In this document: one piece after another, positions 11,340 to 23,184 of the stretch
Layout of the letters: every line of letters begins with the position of its first letter
How positions within the stretch are numbered: position 1 is the stretch's first letter
From: Paecilomyces variotii
Taxonomy: Eukaryota
DNA: 46,771 nt
Assembly (NCBI GenBank): GCA_004022145.1
Contig: RCNU01000021.1
Strand: one strand, 5' to 3'
Notes under the pieces: model-generated
The model's database searches: none
What the model was told of the DNA's origin: nothing
The model's input: the letters and a program-made list of their open reading frames with translations, nothing else
Translations under genes and position numbers: made by a program

Positions 11340-14300
11340 TTACTGGAATACATAGACCATTCCGGAGCGATCGACACTGACTGTCATTCCATACGGGACC
11401 CTCAAAACGGCCACGTCAAGGATTGAGTCAAGGTGGCTCTTCAGTAGCTGTTGCTGTTGGAGGCTTATTACAGTGCTTCGCGGCGGCCGTCCACTGTGCT
11501 TCTTGCTACCTTTAGCCCCGGTTCCTCCGCTTTGTGCAGTCGTAGATGAGACACTGGGAAGGTATTCCGTAGTCACGACTAGTTGGGTACTTGCTTGCAC
11601 GGTCTCGTAGCGAGGCTTTCCAGCCGTTACGCCGTCCGAGCTTGTGTCAAGTCCGCTGACGATCTTAGACAGTTCAGTCCGGGCAAGGTCCCAGAAGCGA
11701 ATTTTGCGGTCTGATCCTGCCGAAATTATGAAGCCACATTTTGTACTCTCTTTGCCATCATCTGGCACATCGAACCCTACCGCAAAGGCACTGATCGCAT
11801 TGCGGTCAACGCCACTCGGATTTATGCCGGCTAGTGATGATCCTGGGCCTCCAACAACGGGGGAGGGATTCGGTTCGATTCCAGCCGCAGAGGGAGTTGC
11901 GCTAGCAAATCGACTGAGCATACCCTCAGGCCGGTCCTCGTCAACGCGCCAGGCTTCGTAGTCTTTCCAGCTCGAGTTGATGAAATTATGAACGTGAGCA
12001 TTTCGCAAATTCTGTTGGTTGCCATTGGCGGCAGTGCCGTTGGTGCCGCCAAGGGTTGGAAATGCAGCTCGATATACCTCGCGGCACTGCACCTTCTCAA
12101 CATCCCAGACTGTAATCTCACTGCCGTGTCTGCTCCCTCCTGCCACGCAGACCCAACGACTCCGTCCTTTTGTTGGATGCACCTGTAATCTCTGGATAGC
12201 TGTCCCTCCTGGCAGACCCCAGGCCTTCAGGCGTACTCGGAACCGCAGGTCCCAAAGGTCGAGAATACCGTGAGTTGTACCCACAACCAACCAGGTATGC
12301 TTCCGATCGCAACAGAATGTCGTAGGAGTGCCATGGTGGATGGGGTTCTGAAGTGAGTACATCGGCAACATAGTCTTCATATCCAGGGCCAGAATGCGAC
12401 AAGTGTTCGTGGCGATTAGAAGAGTAGATTGCGCTTCAGAGCGGAAGTGTTCCAGCCACGTAGCATATTCAACCGTGCCATCGGCTGCCGTGGGTAGTTG
12501 ATACTTTCGAACAAGCTGCGGTTTGCCATACCTTACAGTCTCATTGGCATTGTGATAGTCGATCTTAACAGCATGGATGCTGCCATCAGTCGCCCCGCTT
12601 ACGAAGGTATAAGTGTTCTCCACAAACGTCACGCATTTGACCTTCGCTCCAGAGGCATGATGGTGAGTTTGACGCGACCTTGGCGTCAAGTTCTTCTCGA
12701 GTCTGGTTGTATCCCACACTTTCACAGTGCTGTCGTCGGAAGCCGTGACAAAGAAGGCATGATCCGGTGCGACTGCTATCCGGTTAACAGGCCCGGCGTG
12801 CTCGCCAAACATAGCAACCAGGTTGCCTTCCGGTTTCCACGGCTTGTCGAGATCTTGTCCCGTGACCTTCTTGATGGGCCGGCGCGAATCAACTTCCTTC
12901 ACAAATGGACCGAGATCAAATAGATCCGTAGGATAGTTCTCTGCGAAGACTGAGTCCAGAAGTCGTAGAACCATTGGATCATTGCCGCCGTAAGAATGAT
13001 TGGCACGATACTTCTGAGGAGCAGGATCTGAAATGGTTGTTTCGCGTGCCATCGAGAGAGCAGAGCGAGGCGGTGTCTGCTTCTGAGATAACACATCGAC
13101 CTCTCCGAACGCATTTTCTGACGTCATACTCGTTTCTGCGTAGGACTTTGCGTTGTCTTTGCGATTGAGTAGATTTATAGCGCTTGGTTTTCTTCGAATG
13201 TCTGTTCCTAAACTGCGCAAGCTCGAATTCTCTGCGTCGGCTGGTGTCGCCGGGCTTCCAGGCTCAGCGACCTTGGAAACTGTTTCCTTGCCATTCAGAG
13301 TCTTCCGGTCAATATCGGAGCTGGGAGCGGACGAGTTCTGAGACTCTGGAGCCCCTGGTGACGAGGATATCGGGGAAGCGGCTTGTGAATCGGTTCTGAG
13401 AACCCCCAGAGTGTTCTGACGAGCGATCGCGGTGTTAATTCCGTTCTCTCGTTGTCGCTGGCTCCTGGAACGCATATGTTTTCGACGAGCAGCTGGGCCA
13501 GTCTCAATCGTCGTCGAAGCGTCTAGCAGGGCATCCGCAATTGTGTGAGACTTTTGGTCGATATTGCTCACCGTCTCTGACTTTGCAGAAGAAGCTCGGC
13601 GCTGTTTAAAATTCTGATTCTTATCGAAAAATACCGTCTGTGGCGTGACTTCATGCTGCGTCAGTGGTATAATATTCCCCAGAAATGAGGGGGCTCCAGT
13701 GTCTGCCTCCTTTGTACGCCTCATAGCGACTCTCCAGATATATTCTTTGAGAGCGAGCAGTTTCTGTTCATCCTCTTGGGCCATGCCCAAACTTCGCAGG
13801 CGTGACAACCACTGCTCGTCCTCTTCATTCTTCGGGTGTCCGCTCAATGAAGCCCGATTCTTGTGAGTCCTAGGAACCTGACCATCGGCGCCAGTTAAAT
13901 TGAACGTGCTGTCGCGAGTTCCTGATACCCAGAATACACCCTTTTCTGCTTTCGCTGCCCAGACTAATGCCATATCGTATATATTCTTGGGCAACGGCCG
14001 TTTCAAGGCGTCGAGTATTTCAAGCTCTGAGATATCCGAGACGTTGGTCTTGAGGTACGGTCGGATAAGAGGGGTTAGAATGCAATATTTGTCTGCCAAC
14101 GAAAGAAATTCTGAGGAAGAGACAACGAAGTGTACTGCCGCTTCGCGAATCCAGATACTGGGGTGGACGAAGAAACGGACTGCAATCTGAAGAAGATCCC
14201 ACGTAGTCGAACGTTGGAAAAGGCCGAGTTTCGCCATATTCGCAAGAGAGCGAAGCACCCTTTCCACAACGAATTCCTCAGAATCGGTCATTGATTGCAC

Positions 14301-16356
14301 CATCAGAGGCAGGATGTATTCTTCTAGACTTGTACTGCCAACATATGATGCGACACCTACAACAGCTTCGAAAAAGGCGCATTTCAAGATCCAATCTTTG
14401 TCGTTCAGATAGGTATTTAAGTGACTGAGAATTACCTCGTTGGTCTTTGAATTCCCGAAGAAGACGCAAAGACTGGAGACGGAACCGAGGAACGCCCGTC
14501 GGACGGACACATCAGTGTCAGTCAAGAGTGCCTTTGTATGCACCTCGAAGTAGTCCAGGAGATCAATCCTCGCGACGTCATAGAGGTTGTGATAAGTGAC
14601 ATCTTCTGTCCAACCTGCTTCTGAACCAGACGGGATCAAGGAGGGCAGACGTGCGTCAGAACGTAATGCCTGTATCATGTCCAAAAACCTGAGAGACGAC
14701 TGGGCCAGCGATGCGATGCATGATGCATATGCCGCACGCACCATCGGGCTGGGGCTTGAAGTAGTCGTGGGAATAAACGGCTGCAGCCTGGGAAAAATAT
14801 ACTCGGGAAAGAGGTAAGCATTAATGGGAGACAAGATTTGTACCGTGGACAAGAGCTGTGCCAAGGTTCGTATTGCAGAGACCTTTACTATGTCCGACTT
14901 ATCATTGAGAAGGATCATGACATAGGGCAATATCCGGTCTAGTTTAGCTTCATCCGTGACTCTTTCGGCGAAGGCCAGTAATATATCGCAAGCCTTGACT
15001 CGCGCAGAGGCCTTGACGGTATTTCGCAAATTAGACACCACCAGATTAAGGAAAATCAGAGACCCGTCGTCTGAATGTGGCTGTGAACTCGAAGGTTGAT
15101 GTTGGTAATTAGGAAGATCGACATGGACAGGCAAAGTATGACTGGTAAGTTTAGGAGTAGTGAGCTTCGAGCCGTCCCTAGTATTTTTCGAGGCTGAGCC
15201 CAGAAAGTAGGATATCTTGTCAAAATCCAAATATATTCGCTCAATTCTTTCATCAGCTTCATTCATATTTCCCGTATCGGCATCGATCTGTCCTCGACCT
15301 GATGAAGAGTCGGTCATTAAGGACATGTATTGGTGCAGGAAGCTATAAAAGTACCCCGGGAAAGCTTTGTGCCTCCAGAAGTTGAGATACTCGTCTGCAG
15401 AGTACCTCGATTCAGGCTCGATCTGTATCATGTGCAATATCAGTTCCCTTATATCCGGGTCTTCGATCTTAATCAGGTGATTATGTTCAGGGCTGTATTC
15501 TCCCTTGCGGTACTTATACATCTGGCTGAGGGTGAAAATCGGAGCTTCGAGGAAGAGTTCAGCAATGACGCATCCGGCACTGAATATGTCCATAGCCCAG
15601 TTCACGCTTCTGCTTCCAGGATCCTCGCCGGCAACGAGGAATCTCTCCGGGGCGAGATAACACGTGCGTCGTCCTGAAGTGTCGAAATAGAAAGAGAAAT
15701 CTGCTGGATTATCCTCAGGAAGGAATGTGGGCTTGAACGATGACGAAAAATCTGATAGATAGAGCCAGTTCCATGAGGTGACGAGGACATTCTCAGTCTT
15801 GATGTCTCCATGGAAAACGTCTTGCGCGTGACAATCGCGTAGCGCACATAGAAGTTGAAACGCTATCCATTTCTTCTCAATATCCTCTAAGAACGGACGT
15901 GTGCTAGTTTTATGTTAGAGAATCAGTGCCATAACATTGGGGTCAGAAAGAATCGATAGACTCCGTACCTCATCCGGTCATAGAGAGAGCTATGGATATA
16001 CTGGCGCCCCAAATAACCACACGTACTCGTCTCTAGGACCCGCTGATAGCCCAGCGCATTTGGCACATCCGCCAGTACTTTACGTTCCCCTGATTTCAAA
16101 TATTAGAGTACTGTGGTTGCCTGAACAGACGGGTAGACGGACGAGTGATAGCTTTGATATAGGGATCCAACTTCATGCTAGGATAAGGTTTCATGATCAC
16201 TTTTATGAAGACCAAGCCATTCTGCTGCCTGGCCCTGATACTTTTCATGAACCTTGCCGATCCCAGAGACTTCTCATAGACAAGATCTGATAGCTCTGGC
16301 ACGTCGATCCCCGCCGACCCTGCGGACAGGGTCGTGAGGGAGTAACCCTGTCCCAT
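11340..16356 (-). CDS. vps15: Vps15, regulatory subunit of class III PI3-kinase (kinase-like, HEAT and WD40 domains), about 1632 aa. Exons 16356-16143, 16089-15969, 15903-11340
   Basis: Myristoylation-type start MGQGYS; 'KSLGSARFMKSIRAR', '[31 protein letters not shown]', 'HGDIKTEN', 'FYFDTSGRRTCYLAPERF', 'DRILPY' HEAT region, C-terminal WD40 repeats. Introns 16142-16090 and 15968-15904 are GT..AG and keep the frame (4899 nt CDS). Confidence 0.97.
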
Positions 16357-17039
16357 CGTGTGGACGTACTCTTACCCAAACAGGGACGCTGATGTGTACA
16401 AAGGTGCCATCGACTAGCTTCGCAATTTGTACTTTATTTGCTGGCCCCGTAGAGCGACAGTTCATCCACTGCAAGAAGCGCGACCAAGCCTAGTCGATCG
16501 TCGAAGGAGTAGGATAATAAGAGGCTCCAGGTTAGATGTCAGCTGACGGTGGTGGAGCCGTGCACGTCACAACGGAACCTTAGATAAGCAGGTACCTTCC
16601 GCGGGCGGTGAAGCCCCTAAGTAGTGGCTTTCCGCACATCCGACTTCCTCGTGTCTTCAGGAGTTGTTTATTATTCTCTCAATCATCATCGTGGTCGATA
16701 GGGGGTAGTCATTGTTGTTATCTCCTGCGAAGTAGGAGGACGATTCAAACGAGTTTCCTTCTTTGATCGTTTAGAGTTTGTTTAATACCGCCTGTGGATA
16801 CTTTTTTCTGCGGAAGCGAGTCAGTATGCCAAACTATGTCAACTCTGAAAGTAAACAGACTAATCCACGTAGACACGTACGCACCATAGTCCCTTCTACT
16901 AGCCTCATAAGACAAGTTGAGGGACCGGAAAACCATCTGGCTCATAAAACATCATACATCATTTACTCTCTTCCCAGCTGAGACGATACTGTTGACGCGG
17001 GCTGGAAAACACACATCTAGTCAACATTTACACGGAGAA

Positions 17040-20000
17040 ATGGTCGCTGGAGGCCTATCTGCCTCCATGTCATCGAGCTTTTTACCCGGGAATGAGGACC
17101 CGGAAGTAGAGGTTCCTATCTTTGACGACAATGAGTCGCTGGCGGGCTTGGTTCAAAAAATCTCAAAGTAAATTTCCGCATCATCTCTCTGCACTACGGC
17201 AGTTGTTGACATAGGAATTGCAGCTATCTCATCCAGGTCATTCCACTCGTGCCACATACATTCGACCAAATGAGAACGTCATTAGCTGGATATCCGCTGC
17301 GGCCACTGATAACGTCCTTGTCCGAAAATGCCCACAATCAGAAAATCATTTGCGCTTTAATGTATGTTTCAAGGTTCCATAAGATGTGGGAACAAGCTCT
17401 AATCTACCTAGGATCGCAAAGTACCAATTTTCCAACGTTTCTGAAGACGACTGGGGTCTCAATGAGAGCCGTGGATACGCATGCGAGTATGTCGCATGGC
17501 AATTCTTGACCTATCTCTCTCATCGCGAAATAATAGACTTCTTGCTACGCGAGCTTCCCTCGCCAAGAAAGAATTCATCAGCCTTGGCTGCAGCAGAGAG
17601 CGGCTCTGCTGGGTTTGCACGGTCAACGGGATACTGCAGTCCTATGATCGATGAGCGAACACCATTACTTGCAGGATCTTCTCTCAACAGTCGCTTCGTG
17701 GGCCGTTCTGGAAAAGAGACGCAAGCTAGCACAAACACGCCTGAGGATGTGTGCATTTTCGAGCAGTTTTCCCTGTTTGCTGGGCTGAATGCGCTCGAGA
17801 TCGCAACCATAGCACATGCAAAGAAGTTTCTCAGCCAAAATGTCGTACAAAGAATCATCGATGACATATGGAACGGAGAGGTTATTTTCTGGGATACTCT
17901 CAGCCTTCATTCTACGAAAGAGCCGAAAATTTTCAACAGAAGGTTAGTAACAACAAGTCCTCCGTCGGCATTATTATGGCTGACGGAGTCTACATTTTGT
18001 CAGGAATACGGACCCTTACTCTCGATTAAGAGTTCCAGCATATCGAAAAGCTTTCGAGGCAATCTTCTTTGTCTCCTTTCTAGCATTATATTACGCGGTA
18101 ATGGTCGAAAGGGATCCTAACGAAATTAGTTTGCTCGAAGCTTTGATGTATATCTGGATTGCAGCCTTTTCTTATGACGAGCTGAGCGGCATCACCGATG
18201 CAGGGATGGCATTTTATCAAATGGATTCTTGGAGAATTTGGAACATGGGGATTATCGGAACCGGTCTTGCATTTGTCATTACGCGTGAGTCATCCTATCT
18301 CTACGCAGAGTCTGCCTTGCGCAAGTTAGTTCCAGCCGCAATAGGGATATGTTGCCTCCACGGCGTCAGTCGGAGACGCCGGATATCAGCAGTAGGATAT
18401 CAGCTGAAATGATCGTGGATACAGGGACGGTGGGGCTAGTGAAGCAGAGTGATTCCATCACGGACATTTCCTTTGATATTTTGTCGCTGCAAGCTTTATT
18501 TCTTGTGCCAAGGCGAGTACCGGCATCGTCTGGGCTTCTACCAGGTTCATTGAGTGGCGACTAACGTATCAATTATCCAGGATTTGTTCCCTCGTGAGCT
18601 TGCATGGTTACTTTGGCACCCTTGTATGTTGAACTCATTCACCGCATCCCTATGAAGTTTCTGCAAGACAAGAAGGGCTGATACTCTGTGTGGTCTAGAT
18701 ACCAGTACTCAAGGAAATGGTATGTGTCTGATCAGGCTCAGCAGCTGAGGGCATGCGATTAGGCAGTGGCTGACACGGATCGATGGTATTAGACAAAATC
18801 TTTTCTCAAATTCATGCCGGTGGTGATTGTCTTGTACCTGGGTATGGTTTGACTGCGCCCTCCTGGAGGTCAGTCGCTAAACGATGTGGCTGCAGGCTTT
18901 TTGACGACCTTCACGATGCTGGCCCGTGACCGACTGTCATTGAGGCAAACGTCCTGGATCTTGGTGAAGGTGTTCTTTGGGTAAGGCGGTCAAGAAATTC
19001 GAGATGCACCGCTGTTTGCGACGAGAGACTGACAACGGTAGCAGATCGAGCCAGCTCGGATTCGTACGTGTATTCTACTCTCACCTTGTTCTATAAAGTG
19101 GCTGAATCGATTGGCTGTCAGGACATCGCACACGATGTAAGTTTACGTCCGCAAGCGCCTGTCATGCAGGCATAATCGCAAGAACACGGGTGGCTGTGGA
19201 AATGGTTGGCTGTCGCGGTTAGATGGTTGACTTGGCTAATTTTTAGATTTCCCCGATCTTCGGCTACGGCCTAATGTAAGTTCGACGTTCCGTCCTTATA
19301 CAAAACACCAAATCGCACTCGCATCTCTCTGCAGTCACGTTGGACTCCTAGGGCCGTTGGTGGCGCGGTGTTGCACGCTCAACACCGCGGGGCTCTTGGG
19401 TTCACGCGACTTCGGGAAGGCCCCTTCACCTCGACGTAGATCGACCGAGAAGCAAGCGTTGGAGATGAAATTTCCTTTCTCGATCATGCCTGGAAAATAA
19501 TAATTATTGATGTGGCATGATGATAGGCTCGTTTTTATCTGCATGACGAACATGCTCCTGATCTCGTCGCTGGTCAGTCTGATGACCATGAGCATGGAGG
19601 GAGTTAGTATTATTATTTATCCAAATGCCGCCGTATCCACGTCAGAACTGCAGCAGGACGCTAATGGGATTTTGCAGGTCATGTCACATGCTCGTGAGGA
19701 ATATCTGTTCCAGTATGTTATCTCTGTTCCTGAGGAGCACCACCGGTTCGTTCCTGACGTCTTCCATTCAGATTATCGATCTACGTGTTGGAGAGCAGCA
19801 ACTCCCGCCGCCTAACATACTTCCTGCCGCCCTTGGTGAGTGCTAGCTAGCTCCTGTGTCTCGTCGTGCAAGCTTTCCTGCCCGAAGCCACTGCTTGGCT
19901 GACACAGACATGGTCCTAACTAGGTAACTCACTAACTGACTGACTCTACTCTAGAACCTCATCCCACTATTTTTCCTACGCCCCTTACGCCTGTTCCTGT

Positions 20001-20356
20001 CCGCAGGCACCTCGCGCCGGGTGCGCATTGTGCTGCTCAAAATTACGCACTTCCCGTTTGTGGTTATTATCCTGGCGTACGAGGCTAGTCGACGATACGC
20101 CTCTGGGAGTTTGCAGACAAACCATTATTCGGCCATCCCCACGCTCCGAGGCCACCCCGCCGCGGCCCAAGCGCCGTCATTGGCCTCTGGCAAGGAACGG
20201 ATCAGTGCGGGCTACGGCCCCGAAGCGCGCGGGTCCGAATCCGTTCCCGCCGGACGTCCTGCTCGTCTGGCCGAGGCGATCAACGAGGTGGAGAGACTGC
20301 GTAGCCAGGTCGAGCGAGTCGCTGCCACTCTGGCCCTCCAGCAACGGTCGCAGTGA
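17040..20356 (+). CDS. Yvc1/TRPY-like non-selective cation channel, 16 exons, about 667 aa. Exons 17040-17167, 17224-17361, 17412-17942, 18004-18284, 18425-18512, 18581-18623, 18699-18719, 18793-18841, 18896-18980, 19045-19063, 19122-19136, 19247-19275, 19527-19602, 19678-19712, 19772-19835, 19955-20356
   Basis: The hand-spliced CDS is 2004 nt with no stop. Fungal TRP/Yvc1-family blocks: 'GLNESRGYACEYVAWQFL', 'LNALEIATIAHAKKFLSQ', 'DPYSRLRVPAYRKAFE', 'PRICSLVSLHGYFGTLIPVLKEM', 'KVFFGSSQLGF', 'TNMLLISSLVSLM', 'HAREEYLFQLSIYVLE', 'YFLPPLNLIPL'. Confidence 0.88.
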
Positions 20357-21784
20357 ATTTCAGCATTCATTCAATCAAACAATCAATAAATTTAAAAAAA
20401 AAACAACATTCAGTGCAGGGTAACGTGGCTCGCGCGCGGGGTCGAACGGCCAAGCAGAGAACGCGCCAGGGGTGTGATTGCCACTGCCCTGTCTGGTATA
20501 TACACGCACGGTAGCCTCATCGGGTCCACCCGTTAGTGGCAGGGCCGGGCGCTTGGGGGTCGATTACTATTTATTATTTTCTTTTTGATGTGATGTTGTT
20601 TGTTCAACAACCCACAGTGATGACGAACAATGAGAATCAGAATCAACCACCATGTCTGTCTTGTTGCATGAGTGTTGTGCACCCAACCATCTGCAAGAAG
20701 TTCACGGTAGACTGACCTTGGTTCTGCTGGACAGCATCGGGCACCGGCGGCAGCGGTTCTCAGGCGCAAGAGGCTCGAGGGACCTCTCTTGGTACGGGCT
20801 AGTGCTGTACCTACTTCTGAATCTGTGGTGATTTGCCTCCCTGGACCATATGCGAACATGAGGCCCTGCAGGCTTCTCGAGCCTATTGATCCTGCAGGCA
20901 ACGTTCCTCCAGGATAATCTCTCCCTCGAACGCTGCTGCGGCTGTGCTCTCCAATCATGCTGGTCGACACGCACTGCTTCTTTGCCAAGCCAGGTAACCA
21001 GAGTGTCGGGACCTGGCTAAACCACTTTGATTCTTTGACCACACAATCATCTAAAAGTCCGGCGATGCCCGGCAGTATGTTGTCTGGGCCAGTCCCCTGC
21101 AGTTGTAGACGAGACCCGGTCCCTTAGGGCGACCTAGAATAGCAGGTGCTGCATGGGGCAGGTCAACCGCCCTGTCTGCTGGACTCTAATCCTTCTGCTC
21201 CTCATCGTTAGTATCACCACCATTCTACGGGGCCGGAAATGTAGAAATCGCTTCAGACGACCGGGCCCTCCACTTAATTCACCCCCCCGGTCTACTCAGA
21301 AGCCTCCGACGCCCATACCTGATCGCACACTTCCGCCACTAGTAACTAACATTTGTCGCGTCTATAAGGTGGGTGCTAGCAAGATGGTCTGAGTCTCCAG
21401 ACTGGGGCCGGTTGTCCCGCTTGCTTTCCCCCCCGATTCTGCCTTGTGTGTTCTAGGCATGTATTCTTGTTTTCCAGAGCATCTCACCGCCGTCGATGCA
21501 GTGGCTATACCTTCTGCGATTGTCATACAAATGACGGTGGTGACGGTTTCTTCAGCCCCCTTGTCGGTGGACCGTCACGAGCATTTTTATCTTGGATCAT
21601 CATAGGGGTGACCTTATATACTTCCTGTGGCCTCATGCCTCATCCCCTCATCTTCAAGGCCACGAGATCGATTATTTCTTTGTTGTTTCGGTCCAAAGAA
21701 GCTTTGTTTGCTGCGGGCGCAAGTCTCGAGTATCTTTTTCTTTTTCTTCAGACCAGCTCGTACGTCAGTGGTTACCTTTTGATT

Positions 21785-23184
21785 ATGAACTTGGCCCCTC
21801 CGCCCTTTTCGGTGCCATCGTCGGCAGCAGACTCACAAGGCGGGGTTTCTGGGCTCGACAGTACGATGGTATATGCTCCTTCTCATCTAGACCCTCATCC
21901 GGAATCCATGAGGAACCATCCCGGACAACTGTCTGGTTTGGGGATCTACCACTGCGCGATGGAGTCGCTTCCTTCTCAGCCAAGGCTTGGTTCGAGGCCT
22001 CAGCCGATGCACCTATCTATGAACGAATGGCAGGGAAGCGCTATGCCAGACCACAGTCTACCAAACACCTTTCTCAGCGCTGGTGGCATCCCAGGAGAAG
22101 TAACATATCAGACTTATGGAGCTCGCTCGATACCATCCAACACTACTCTCGACTTTGCGCATTACCCGTCTCACAATATGGACCTCTCTCAGTGTTACGG
22201 CCATGAAACAGCATTCTGTTCGGACAGAGGCACATTCTACGATCAATCGGGCAGCTCGTGGCCAGTCACACCAAGTTCCCGCGCTACGACGCCATCAGTA
22301 ACTCCAGTCAGAGTGAAAGAAGAGCTTGATGGGGCCTGGGAGCCTCCGTTCTTTCGAGATCCACGGGACGAGTGCCACGCGCAGACAATGTCTACGATTC
22401 CTCAAGTCGTGGTCGACAATTCATCATCCCCTCAGATTTCGCGCGGCCAGCTCAATGGGAAATTCTTCGGAGGCTCAGAGGTCGACTGGTCCACTCGACG
22501 TGGCCGGAGCAGCTCAGTAGATCACTCGTCCATCGAGCTGTCGCCAAAGTCGGAAAAGGATAATGAAGGGGTCGATCTGGGCCGAGACGTTGCCTCGATG
22601 AGTGGATTGCAGTGCAACGTGTGTGGGTATCTCTTCACTAGACGCTCAAATTGCCGTGAACACATGAAAAAGCATGATCCCAGCCAGAGGAAGGGTTACG
22701 AATGCGAAACCTGTGCAAAGACGTTTGGGAGGAGAACAGATCTAAAGAGACACGTCGAAAGCGTAAGGACATCACTTCTCTGGGAAACTCGATCGCTAAT
22801 CGGGTGGATAGATACACCACGGTACACGAAGATTCGGTTGTGATCAATGCGGTCGACGGTTTACACGCCATGACACTCTGACAAGGCAAGCACAACTGGC
22901 CTTGGAGCCCTTATCTTGTCTGCTGTTCTTAAATAACACTTGGAAATGACAGACACTGCGCGGATGGATGCAAACGAAAGCAGCGGAAACACGACCGAGT
23001 CGAAAGTCCTACACACCAGGAACCTTCTGAACAATATCCTTCTCCGTCGCCTTCATTCGAAAGTCCCTTATATGTGAGCCGATTTGGTTCACTAGAACAA
23101 CCGCTTACGACACGAATTTCATCCCAGCCAGGTCCGGTGAAGTCTCCGCTTGGCAGACCTCATTCGCCAGCAAAACGAAAGTGA
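21785..23184 (+). CDS. C2H2 zinc-finger transcription factor (three fingers, long S/P-rich N-terminus), about 427 aa. Exons 21785-22762, 22812-22885, 22953-23184
   Basis: Fingers 'CNVCGYLFTRRSNCREHMKKH', 'CETCAKTFGRRTDLKRHVESIH', 'CDQCGRRFTRHDTLTRHCADGC' assemble across a 49-nt GT-AG intron and a 67-nt GC-AG intron. The start codon choice is tentative. Confidence 0.88.

Noticed and set aside
15602..15847. Apparent split of vps15 between an 81-aa ORF and the 1421-aa ORF
   Set aside because: Manual translation shows exon 3 is open from 15903; the ORF caller simply started at the first GTG. There is no frameshift.
19836..19954. Internal CTAACTAG|GTAACT suggesting recursive splicing or a stwintron
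   Set aside because: The second part would be only 31 nt and the first branch-to-AG spacing is too short; a single intron explains the protein.
21446..21784. Hydrophobic N-terminal extension of the C2H2 ORF from a GTG start
   Set aside because: Pyrimidine-rich 5' UTR/promoter-like sequence. An in-frame ATG near 21635 exists, but the ATG at 21785 is the more plausible start.
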